A DNA stretch of 59,366 nt from Fonticula alba ATCC 38817 (Eukaryota > Protista > Nucleariida). The stretch is taken from assembly GCA_000388065.2 (NCBI GenBank), contig KB932205.1, one strand, 5' to 3'. The position numbers were made by a program, and so were the translations under genes. The notes under the pieces are model-generated. The model saw only the letters and a program-made list of their open reading frames with translations. It did not search any database and was not told the DNA's origin. Below are positions 32,417 through 41,974 of this stretch, piece by piece. The first letter of the stretch is position 1. Each line of letters starts with the position of its first letter.

Positions 32417-34290
32417 ATGCGGAGTGGAGGTCGATCCGGCGGCGGCATGCGCTCCGGCGGCGGCATGCGCTCCGGCGGCGGCATGCGCTCCGGCGGGAGC
32501 TCGCACTCGCGCTCGCGCCCGTCTTACTCCTCGCACCGGAGCCACTCGCGCCCGTACCGGTCGCACCACCACCACCACCATCACCACCATAGCCGCTACC
32601 ACCGGTCCCATGTCACGACGCACTCCTACTCCACCGGCGGCTCGGCATACTACTCGAGCTCCTCCTCGGGGTGCTGCGACTGCGGGCCCTTCTGCACGGC
32701 CATCTACTGCTTCCGGGCCCCGGCATCCGAGTGCGTGTCCCCTCGGGCGGGCGCCCTGCGACCGATGCGGCCTTCCCCGCGCCTGTCTCTCTCTCTCTCT
32801 CCCTCCCTCCCTCTCGCCCCCCCCCTCTCTCCGGCTCTCCGGCTCCCGCTCACTTTGCTGACTTGCCTGCCCACCCCCTCCTCGCCAGCTCACGGCCCAA
32901 GCACGCCAAGACCCACTGGGTTGTCTGCTCGGCGGCCATCTGGTGGGGCCTGGTTTTGTCCTTCCTCGCGATGATCGTGTGCGTGTCGGTCCTGCCATTG
33001 TACACGTCGCGCTCGCGGAGCCTGCCCCCCACCGGCACCTTCCGCCTGGCCATCAATCCGGCCTTCTTCGAGGGCATCGAGGTGCGGGCCGGCGCGGACC
33101 TCGGGGCCTACCTGATCCCGGCGGCGGACGGCCGCCCCGAGCAAAGCAGCATCCTCACCGGCAATGTGGCCACCCAATTTTCCATCCCCCGCGGGGACAG
33201 CTACGATGCCATGGAGCTCCATCTGCCGGCCGGGTCCGGGGCCACCAGCATCACCATGGGCCCGGTCACTTGCCCGCTGCACTTCCTCATCATCCGCGGC
33301 AAGAGCACCTTCGACAACTGGGTCGCCGGTGACACGGTGCCGGTGGTCTTCACGTCGAGCATCACCTCCACCCAGCCGACCATCTTCTCCATGACGGCCT
33401 CCTCCTCGGATTACTACTACTTCGTGGTGTACAACCCGCACTTCGGGTCGTGCGGCTCGGGGAACATCCAAATGCAGCTGGCCTCCTCGCAGCCGGCCTA
33501 CCGGCTGCCCCCCTCCCGGCGCATCCCCCTCGACCAGCACATCCCGCTGGATGACCGATCCGGCATGTCGACGCTCATCCTGGCCACGTCGGCCACCCCG
33601 GTGTACCACTCGGTGCGGGTGTTTTACACCCGCCGGCCGGCGCTCTTCGGCGTGATCATGGGCCTGAGCATTGGGCTTCCCCTGGTGCTGGGCCTGGTGG
33701 TGGCCATCGTCAGCTACGTGGTTTACCGGTCCCGGCGGGCCGAGCACGACCCCCAGGCCAAGCCGGCCGTGGAGATGGGCTCCGTGCCGCCGGCCGGCGT
33801 GGCATACCCCGGCGGCGGCCAGGTGATGGTTGCCCCGGCCCCCGGGCCGGACGGCGCGTACTATGCCCCGCCGCCGGCGCCGCCACCGCCAGGGGCCGAT
33901 GGGGCTGTGGTCTTCCCGCCGCCCTATGTGCCGGGTGGTCCGGGGGAGGTGACGCTGGCGCCGCCGGTGCCCCCTCCTGCCGCCGGGGGCCAGGCCCTGC
34001 CCCCGGTCGGCGGCCCCCCCGGAGCATACAGCCCGTACGCGGTCCCCGACGCCGGTGGGTATGTGGCCATGCCGCAGCCCCCGGGCCCGGGCCCCGAGTC
34101 CGGCGGGTATGTGGCCATGCCGCAGCCGCCGGCGCCGTCTGCCGGCCCGGCCGGCTACCCGGGCCCGATGCCGGGCTCGGCGGGATATCCCGCCCCGCCG
34201 GGCGATCCCGCGGACTATCCCCCCCCGCCGCCGTATGCCGCGGGGGGCCCGCCGCCGGCCGGTGGCGGTGCCGGCTGGTCCAAGTACTGA
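32417..34290 (+). CDS. Gene E: uncharacterised two-TM membrane protein with an RSGGG/His-rich N-terminus and a Pro-rich PPxY C-tail, about 571 aa
   Basis: Exons 32417-32730 and 32889-34290 (phase-2 intron GTGCGT...CTGAC...CCAG). Coding-like GC3 bias, two hydrophobic segments, PPPY x2. Confidence 0.85.
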
Positions 34291-34423
34291 GGCAGCAGGC
34301 CGGGCAAGGGCCTGCTGCCTTGTCTGGTTGTTGGCCGCGCGCGCGCGCATGCAATACACTGTTTGTGCCTGTCCGTGGGTTCTTTTCGGTCATGGTACCC
34401 GCCCTTTCTGCCGGGACTATGCA

Positions 34424-34424
<1 letters not shown>

Positions 34425-34470
<46 letters not shown>

Positions 34471-34570
34471 CTGTGTGACTGTGTGACTGTGTGTGTGTGT
34501 GTGTGTGACTGTGTGTGACTGTCATCATGTCTGGGGCTGTGACTGTCAGCGTGCGTATGTGACTGTCAGC
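34425..34570. repeat. (GT)n / GTGACT microsatellite
   Basis: Direct reading. Confidence 0.9.
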
Positions 34571-35311
34571 GTGTGGATGTGTGGATGTTTGAATGTAAGC
34601 ATGTGTCTTCGCATGCGCCCCTGTGGGTGCCCCGGGCCTTTGGGGACGCGCGTTCGTGTGCATGCTCTTCCGGGCACTCCGGCCCCGGGCGGCCTCGCTG
34701 GCCAGACACCCGGCCCGGCGTGTGCACAGCTGCGCCGCCCGGCCATGCGGCTTACTTTCCCCTTCCGCGCCCGGGCCACGGCACGCGCCGGCGAAACGAC
34801 AAGGCAGCGCGCGCAAGCACGAAAAATGGTCCCCTGGTGAGAATGGCCCGGCCCGGTGGACTGCGCCGGGGCCATTCCAAAAGTGCCAAAGCATGCAGGC
34901 CCACTCGGCCAGTCGGGGCACCGGCGCAAGGGGGCCCGGGAGAGGGGGCTGCGCAGGCAGGCCACCGGATGCCTGCGCGTTGGGTGCTCCCCATCGGGCA
35001 GGCGTGTGCAAATGATCGTGCGATACAGGGGGGCCGGCCGTGCGGTGGCGGTGGTGGCGGCGCCCTCTCACCCCCCCGCCGGGGTCGCCCGGTTGCCCCC
35101 GGGGCATGTGCTCGCCTTCGGCTCCTGTTTCGTCTCTCTCTCTCTCTCTCTCTCCCGCCCTCCAGGGGGGCGCCTTTTCGCCAGGGGCGCGCGTGCCGCG
35201 CACGAATGTGCCCTTCTTCGTCGGTGCCCCCCCCCCCCCCCCCCCCCCGGCCGGGGGGGCACAAAAGGGGGGCGGGGTCGTTTGGCTGAGCTTCGGCGGT
35301 CGAAAAAGGAT

Positions 35312-35384
35312 TTCCCATACCGGGACTCGAACCCGGGTCTCGTGGGTGAGAGCCACGTATCCTAACCACCTAGACTATATGGGA
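35312..35384 (-). tRNA. tRNA-Glu(CTC)
   Basis: Reverse complement TCCCATA...TATGGGA-A with anticodon arm CGTGG-CTCTCAC-CCACG. T5 terminator downstream. Confidence 0.96.
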
Positions 35385-36107
35385 GATGGAAGTCCGGTGG
35401 GTGTTGGGCCTTTTGTCCCTGCCTGAAACACGTCGGGTCTCGCATGTGATTGCCAACACACCTGCCAAGGAGCCCGGCCACGGCGTCCGGGGCCGCCCGC
35501 CGGGGAGGCGGGGGCGGGCCACCGCGCAAACTGGCCCCAACAGGAGCAGGCCCACGGCGGAAGGGGCTCCTCCCCCCCTCCCTCCCTCGCACGATGGGAA
35601 GGACCCCAAGGACGGGGCCGGACGCGCGGGCGATGCCGGTGTCTGGGCACCGGGAGCAGCATGAACCCCGGAAAGGAGAATGCCCACCCCCAGGATGCCG
35701 GGCCCTGGAGAGGGCAAAGCACCTGCATTGCATGGGGCCGCCCTGGCGGGAGGCGGGACACAGGGGAAGGGAAAGGCCAGCGAGGGAGGGCCCCTTTCGG
35801 TGCCGCCCATCGCCCGGTGACTGTCCAACAAGTGCCCGGAGGATGGCTCCATGCGCACGCACGCACGCACGCATGCGCGCGTGCGCATACGTCCCCTGCT
35901 CGCCCACAGGGCGGGCCGATGATGGGGGCGAGGGCCGCTTTGAACGATGCCGGGCGCTCCGACCAACAACCGGACGGGGATGCCGGACACGGCGCGAAGC
36001 AGGCGCCGGCCCGGGAGGAGGGACCGAGGCGGCCGGGCTGTCCGACGGCGGGATCTAAAAGACGAACGAATTTCAGGAGCTCCGTCGCCCCGACCAGCAC
36101 GAAGCCA

Positions 36108-36179
36108 TCCCGATTAGTATAGTGGTGAGAATCCCCGCCTGTCACGCGGGAGGCCCGGGTTCAATTCCCGGATCGGGAG
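36108..36179 (+). tRNA. tRNA-Asp(GTC)
   Basis: TCCCGAT...ATCGGGA-G with anticodon arm CCCGC-CTGTCAC-GCGGG. T5 terminator downstream. Confidence 0.96.
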
Positions 36180-36254
36180 CATTCTTTTTGCCTCCTGGAG
36201 GCGAGGAAATCCGCGCAACAAAAGCCCCCCGGGCAGGGTAGACCTGCAGAAGCC

Positions 36255-36328
36255 GGCCGCGTAGCTCAATTGGATAGAGCACCTGACTACGGATCAGGAG
36301 GTTGTGTGTTCGAGCCGCATCGTGGTCA
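36255..36328 (+). tRNA. tRNA-Arg(ACG)
   Basis: Third identical copy. T-run downstream. Confidence 0.97.
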
Positions 36329-36781
36329 ACTTTCCTTTTTTTGCCGCGGCGCCCGCCCGCGCTCTTGCACACCGGAGCGGCTCACCACAGGCGGCCGGGC
36401 AGAAGCGCCAGGACACAGGACAGGGGGGCGGGGGGCGGGGGGGGGGGCAAGGGCCGGGGCCGGCGTCCGCTTCGGGCCCAGGTCGGGGGGCGGCCCTCCC
36501 CGACGAGGAGGCGGCTCATGGGGCTCTCGAAAAGCGCGCGATCTCCCAGCGGGGGGCCCGGCTGGGGCTGCGAAGCAGGCAGGCGAGGGGGGGGGCGCTT
36601 TCTTCGAGCGGACACGGAGTCCCCGGGTGTCCGATGTCCAGGGTGGTTTTCCCGGCCTGCGGCGGGGCGCCACGATGCTCTCGATGGATGCGGGGGGCCC
36701 TTTTGGCGGGGGGCCCCTCGCCGGCGAGGGCGCCCCAGCCGCGCGACAGGACAAAAGCCCCGATGGCCGGCTGCAGCCCAA

Positions 36782-36854
36782 GCCTCGATAGCTCAGTTGG
36801 GAGAGCGTGTGACTGAAGATCACAAGGTCACCAGTTCAATCCTGGTTCGAGGCA
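36782..36854 (+). tRNA. tRNA-Phe(GAA)
   Basis: GCCTCGA...TCGAGGC-A with anticodon arm TGTGA-CTGAAGA-TCACA. No intron. Confidence 0.97.
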
Positions 36855-37004
36855 ACTTCTCTTTTGCCCGGGGGCAGCCCGGTCTCATTGTGCGTTGATC
36901 CTATCAGTGTCCCCACACCGAGGAGAGGAAGATAGACACACGGGCGCGCGCGCGCGCACGACGCACAAGGCGGCGGCAAAAGCGGCCAGTGCAAAAGGCA
37001 ATGG

Positions 37005-37076
37005 TGCTCATTGGGTGGATCGAACACCCGACCTCCAGTTTACTAGACTGGCGCTCTACCACTGAGCTAAACGAGC
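37005..37076 (-). tRNA. tRNA-Thr(AGT)
   Basis: Reverse complement GCTCGTT...AATGAGC-A with anticodon arm CCAGT-CTAGTAA-ACTGG, followed by CCA and TTTT. Confidence 0.96.
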
Positions 37077-37083
37077 GGCGGCG

Positions 37084-37154
37084 TGCGTCGACCGGGAATC
37101 GAACCCGGGTCTACCGCGTGGCAGGCGGCAATTCTACCACTAAACCATCGACGC
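37084..37154 (-). tRNA. tRNA-Gly(GCC)
   Basis: Reverse complement GCGTCGA...TCGACGC-A with anticodon arm GCCGC-CTGCCAC-GCGGT. Only 7 nt upstream of tRNA-Thr. Confidence 0.96.
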
Positions 37155-38330
37155 TTCGCCTTGTGGTGGCCCCCACCGGCCGGCCTGACATGGGTGCGCC
37201 CTTGAGGTGGCCGCAGGCCGCGGCGCCGCGCCGAGCAGCGCCCGCCCTTGGCCGTCCCAAAGGTGGGCCTCCTGGGGGACGCCCGCCCCCCCGCCCCCCT
37301 CCTGGCCACCCCTCCGGCAAGCCTCCTGCCGCTGGCCAGGTGGCTATATGCTCGCATGGGGAACAAGCCCCGGGACACCGCACTCGGCCCTGCGGCCAAG
37401 CACCACGGTCCCCCCCGTCCCGGACCCGCTGCTTCACTTGCCCGGTGGCCCAGGCTCAACTACATCCACCAGGCATTTATATTTATCTATTTTCCGGCCA
37501 CCCATCCGACGGCCTTCCTTCCTCCGGTCGCCCCCGCGTATTCTCCGGGCACACTTCATGCTGCGGCGAGGGCGCCCTGCGCGCTGCCCCGGCAGAATCG
37601 AGGAGCCCGGGCAAAGGTGCCCCTTGCGATGGCAGTTGGCCCCCTGTTGGCGGCCTCGGCCCGCCATGCCGGCTCCCCGGGCCCGCCAGCGCGCCCGCCG
37701 CGGCGCCCGGGGGGGGGGGGGCGCCCGGGGCCCATTCGGCCGGAGTGGAGCTCCGACGGGCGGGCCCCCCCACCCGGCGGTTGGGCCGTCGCGCGTGCGT
37801 TCGGTGCGCAGACGAGGCGCCGTACCGCCCCCGGGCGGGACCCCCCGGCGCCGCCCGAACGAAGCTGCAACACCCCGCCGGCCTGGGACCCGGCCGGCGG
37901 GGAGTACACAAAGGCCGGGCCCGAGGAAATGACTCACGTCGGGCACATGTGCAGGGAGCGTGGCTGCGCCCGGGCGCGCTGCGCGCCGCGCCGGCTGGGA
38001 CGCTCCCCACCGCCACCCTTGGGCCCCCTCCGGCCGGGCGCGGGCCTGAAATCGGCCCAGCTCCCGGGCCCGGGCGACGCCCGATCGGCGCGGATCTCGC
38101 GCGCACGGGCCGTGCCAAGTCGAGACAAGCCCGGCTGTTTCATTGGCACATGGCCCGCTGTTGACCGTGAGCCTCGCCTCGCCCGGCCGCGGCGCCGCCC
38201 CGTCGGGGGGCCCTCCCGTCGCTGCTTGTCTTTCCCCATCTCCTCCGGTGGCCCGACCGACCCCCGAGCCTTCGTCCTGCCCCCCGCCCCCTGCCGTGGC
38301 GGGCAACGAGGGCGCAGGTCCTCTGCGCAC

Positions 38331-41300
38331 GGCGGATTGCGCAATCCGCCTGTCGTGTGTTTGTGCGTGTGTGCACGGGNNNNNNNNNNNNNNNNNNNNN
38401 NNNNNNNNNNNNNNNNNNNNNNNNNNNNNNNNNNNNNNNNNNNNNNNNNNNNNNNNNNNNNNNNNNNNNNNNNNNNNNNNNNNNNNNNNNNNNNNNNNNN
38501 NNNNNNNNNNNNNNNNNNNNNNNNNNNNNNNNNNNNNNNNNNNNNNNNNNNNNNNNNNNNNNNNNNNNNNNNNNNNNNNNNNNNNNNNNNNNNNNNNNNN
38601 NNNNNNNNNNNNNNNNNNNNNNNNNNNNNNNNNNNNNNNNNNNNNNNNNNNNNNNNNNNNNNNNCCCCCCCCCCCCGGCCGGGTGATTGCGCAATGCTGC
38701 CCGAGCGTGCGATCCGGCCGGCCTGTCGCCAGACCGGCCGGAATCAGGCCACCAGGGCGCCCGCCCGAGCCCTTTTGCCGGCGGCGCGCCTTCCGCTGGG
38801 AGGGCCCGATACACGACGCTCTTCCGATCTGGGGTGATTGCGCAATGCTGCCCGAGCGTGCGATCCGGCCGGCCTGTCGCCAGACCGGCCGGAATCAGGC
38901 CACCAGGGCGCCCGCCCGAGCCCTTTTGCCGGCGGCGCGCCTTCCGCTGGGAGGGCCCGAGCGGAGCGCCCCTTGGTCGTGCGCGCGCGCGCGCGCGCGT
39001 GTGGCCCCTTCCCCGGGCCGACGATGGGACAGCTTCGATGGCATTTTCCGATGGCCCCTCTCGGCCGGCGCGTGCCCGCCCGTAGGGGCGGCTTGCCATG
39101 CCGGCGGACTTCTCACCCAGACGGGGCTAGCGCCCGGGCAAGTCGAAGCCGCTCCGCGCAGCAAGATACCGACCAGCGTCTGCCCCACCCAGATCGGAAG
39201 AGCACACGTGACGATGGGACAGCTTCGATGGCATTTTCCGATGGCCCCTCTCGGCCGGCGCGTGCCCGCCCGTAGGGGCGGCTTGCCATGCCGGCGGACT
39301 TCTCACCCAGACGGGGCTAGCGCCCGGGCAAGTCGAAGCCGCTCCGCGCAGCAAGATACCGACCAGCGTCTGCCCCACCCTCTCGCGCCTGGCGGCCGGC
39401 CGCACTAAGCGGGCTTCCCCCGCCCCCGGCGTCCCCGTGAATGAGGCCGCCGCGGGTGCCCCCAGCATGCGGGCCAGCTCCGGCGGCGTGCCCTGCCCCC
39501 GGGGGAGCGTATCATGCCGGCAGCACACACAGCTAGGCATCTTCCCTGGCGAAGGGCCGCCAGTGACACCGGGCACCGGCCCTCTCGGCGGTCCGGATGT
39601 GCCTCAACTGTGGTCATGCCGCCGGCCATGAAGGGGGGCGGGCAGACGGCCTTTTCGACGGAATCCGCGATCATCCACACGCACCAGCCACATGCGGCCC
39701 AGGCGCCCCGGCACACCAAGATGATGTCCCCTTGCGTGGCAGGGAAGCATGCTCCGCCAGGCCCGGCAGACGCGTCTCCCCGGTGCGGGGGATCTCCGGC
39801 GCGCAGGCCGTCCACCGGGCATCCGGCAAACCGCCCCTCATGCCGGGAGCCCTGCGGACCCCTCCGTCGCACATGCAGACCCCCCCGTCGGGTCGTGTGC
39901 ATGACCATGGCCCGGGAGGGGGAGGCGCAAGAGCGGCGCCGGCAGGGCCCCGGCTCGTCCCAGCTGTCAGACGGGCCCGGGCCTCGCCAGTCCGCCCCCG
40001 CTGCCCGGCACGGCGGCGCCGGGAGAGGGGGGCTCGGGCGCGCACATTAACCGAGGCGTCTTAACTGTGATTTAGGATTTGCCACGAGCCCGCGTGAAAG
40101 GCGCGCCGCCCCCGGCTCCGGCGGGCAGGCCGTCGCGGCCCCGGGCGGGGGAGGGAGAGATGGCGCCAGCCGCCGTCTCGGCTGGTCGGACGGGGGGTCT
40201 CAGCACCTGGTAACCGAAGCCGGGCCGCACCTGCGCCGACTTGGCGGCGACCTCGTCACCGAGGCCCGTGGCAGCTCGAGCACCGGGCGCCTGTGTCCGG
40301 CGGCTGATGCTAGTGTTGTGAGACCGGCGAGCGTCCAGGCCCCGGGCCAGCAATGGCCAATGCGCCCCGAGCGGCCAACATCCAAGCGCGGGTCCCAGAT
40401 CGTGCCCATGGCCCACTGCCGCTGCCTTTCGACGGTGGCGGGACACATTGGCGCTTGGCCGCCAGGCAGACACACGTCTACCGCGGCCACTCTGGTTGGC
40501 GGACGCGCAGCCCCCCTTAGGGCGCTGGACGGCCCCTTTTTGCCGCCCTGGCTGGCCTGGGGCCCGCTTGGGCCGGGCTTCGCCGCGAGGCAGGCCGGTC
40601 GCCCGGACATGCAGCCGCGTTCGCTCCACATTCCGGCCGAGACGCCCCCCGGGAGCCAGGAGGTCGTGCCATCCGGAGGAGCCGCATGAAAATGCCATGT
40701 CACTGGTCGCGTATGCACCGGGGGGAGGGGCCAGCGGGCTTGTGTGCGCCCCCGTGCGAGGGAGCGGCATTGGCCCGGGCCATGGGGCGTTCCCCCCCCC
40801 CTTTTTTTTGGGGCGTGACCCTCCGGCGTCGGCTCCCCTCGCGCCACGAGCACCCGTCCACGCAGGAGGGGGATTGCGCAACTCGGATTCCACGCCCGGC
40901 CCCCCTCTCCCGGGCACCGGATGTGCATATGGAGAGCAGCAGCCGGCGGCCGGCGACCGGCGACCGGCGACCGGCGACCGGCTGGAAGAGACGCGACACA
41001 AAAAAACGCACACCCCCAAAGAGGCGCAGGATCCGAGAGGCGCCGGCCAAGCAACAGGGACCGCGATCTGGGAGCCGGGCAGGAAGAGGGGGGGGGGGGA
41101 GAACTCCCGCAAACGCGCGATCTGACTGTTCTCCCCCCCCCCCCCCCCCATCACCGGCTCCCGGCGGCCACAACAGAGCCGGGTGTTTTGATTTCGCCCC
41201 GCCGCCGCTGCCGTCGAAAATGGGTCGCATGGCGTGCGGAGCCCCCCGGGCCGACCGCATGGTCCGGTGGCAAGTGCGCCGGGGCGGCCCGCGGGTCGGG

Positions 41301-41425
41301 GTGCTCACGGCGACACGGCGAATATTCACCCCACCCGCGCCTGCATGTCTCCTCCACCCGGAGACACCGCCACGCGCGCGACGGCTTTTTTCCCTGGGGG
41401 CCTGCCAGCGATTGCGCAATCCGCC
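38331..41425. promoter_or_regulatory. Cluster of ATTGCGCAAT (C/EBP-type bZIP consensus) palindromes
   Basis: Exact copies at 38336, 38686 and 41411 (plus an artefactual copy at 38836), and a one-mismatch copy at 40873. The first lies inside the perfect 20-bp palindrome GGCGGATTGCGCAATCCGCC. Confidence 0.5.
38810..39209. other. Illumina adapter contamination flanking a 360-bp library insert (assembly artefact)
   Basis: TACACGACGCTCTTCCGATCT at 38810-38830 and AGATCGGAAGAGCACACGT at 39191-39209. Insert ends duplicate the neighbouring sequence. Confidence 0.97.
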
Positions 41426-41625
41426 AGCCCGGCGGGCGCCCCTTTATTCCTCGCTTCCCTTCCCGCCTCATTCCCCGCCATGCCCCGGTGCGCGGGCAAA
41501 GGCGCTCCGCTGAGAGCCCATGCGCTCGCCAATCCGTCCCCGCGCGATCCGTGCGCCGCAGATCGCCCGGTCCCCGCCCGGCCTCGCGGAGGAGCGCCCC
41601 CCTCCGCCCCCCGCCCCCGGGCGGC

Positions 41626-41932
41626 TATAAGGGCCACCCGACCTGTCGGCCCCACACCGGACCGGTTGGTGATTGTATCGGCCTCTCTCTTACTCCCTGG
41701 TCTCGCCCAGTGTGTGTTACTCCGCCTGTGCCCCCCCCCCCCCTTCCCTGCTACTCCTCCCCCCTCCTCCCCTCGTCCGCGCCCCCTGTGTGAGCGTGAG
41801 AGCCAGAGAGACAGGCCCCCCCCCCCTCCTCCTTCTGCCGCGACCCGACGGTTTCCGATGTATGTGCCCCTGGCCCCGGCCTCTTGCCCGCTTCGCGTGC
41901 CGTCCTCTGACCACCCTGCCACCGCCATGTAG
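41626..41932 (+). promoter_or_regulatory. Putative TATA box and 5'-UTR intron of the ABCB gene
   Basis: TATAAG at 41626. GTATGT at 41860, then CTGAC, then TAG at 41932, 43 nt before the ATG. Confidence 0.5.
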
Positions 41933-41974
41933 AACCCATCTGCCCGGTTCCCCCCCCGCCCCCGCCCTGCCCGC

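Noticed and set aside
35402-35458. TGTTGG...CCAACA mini inverted-end element 17 bp upstream of tRNA-Glu, as a remnant of the LTR-like family
   Set aside because: Only 6-bp ends and weak internal similarity, which is compatible with chance.
37200-41900. Protein-coding genes between the tRNA cluster and the ABCB gene
   Set aside because: ORFs are low-complexity P/A/G/R in overlapping frames with no recognisable motifs, and part of the region is artefactual.
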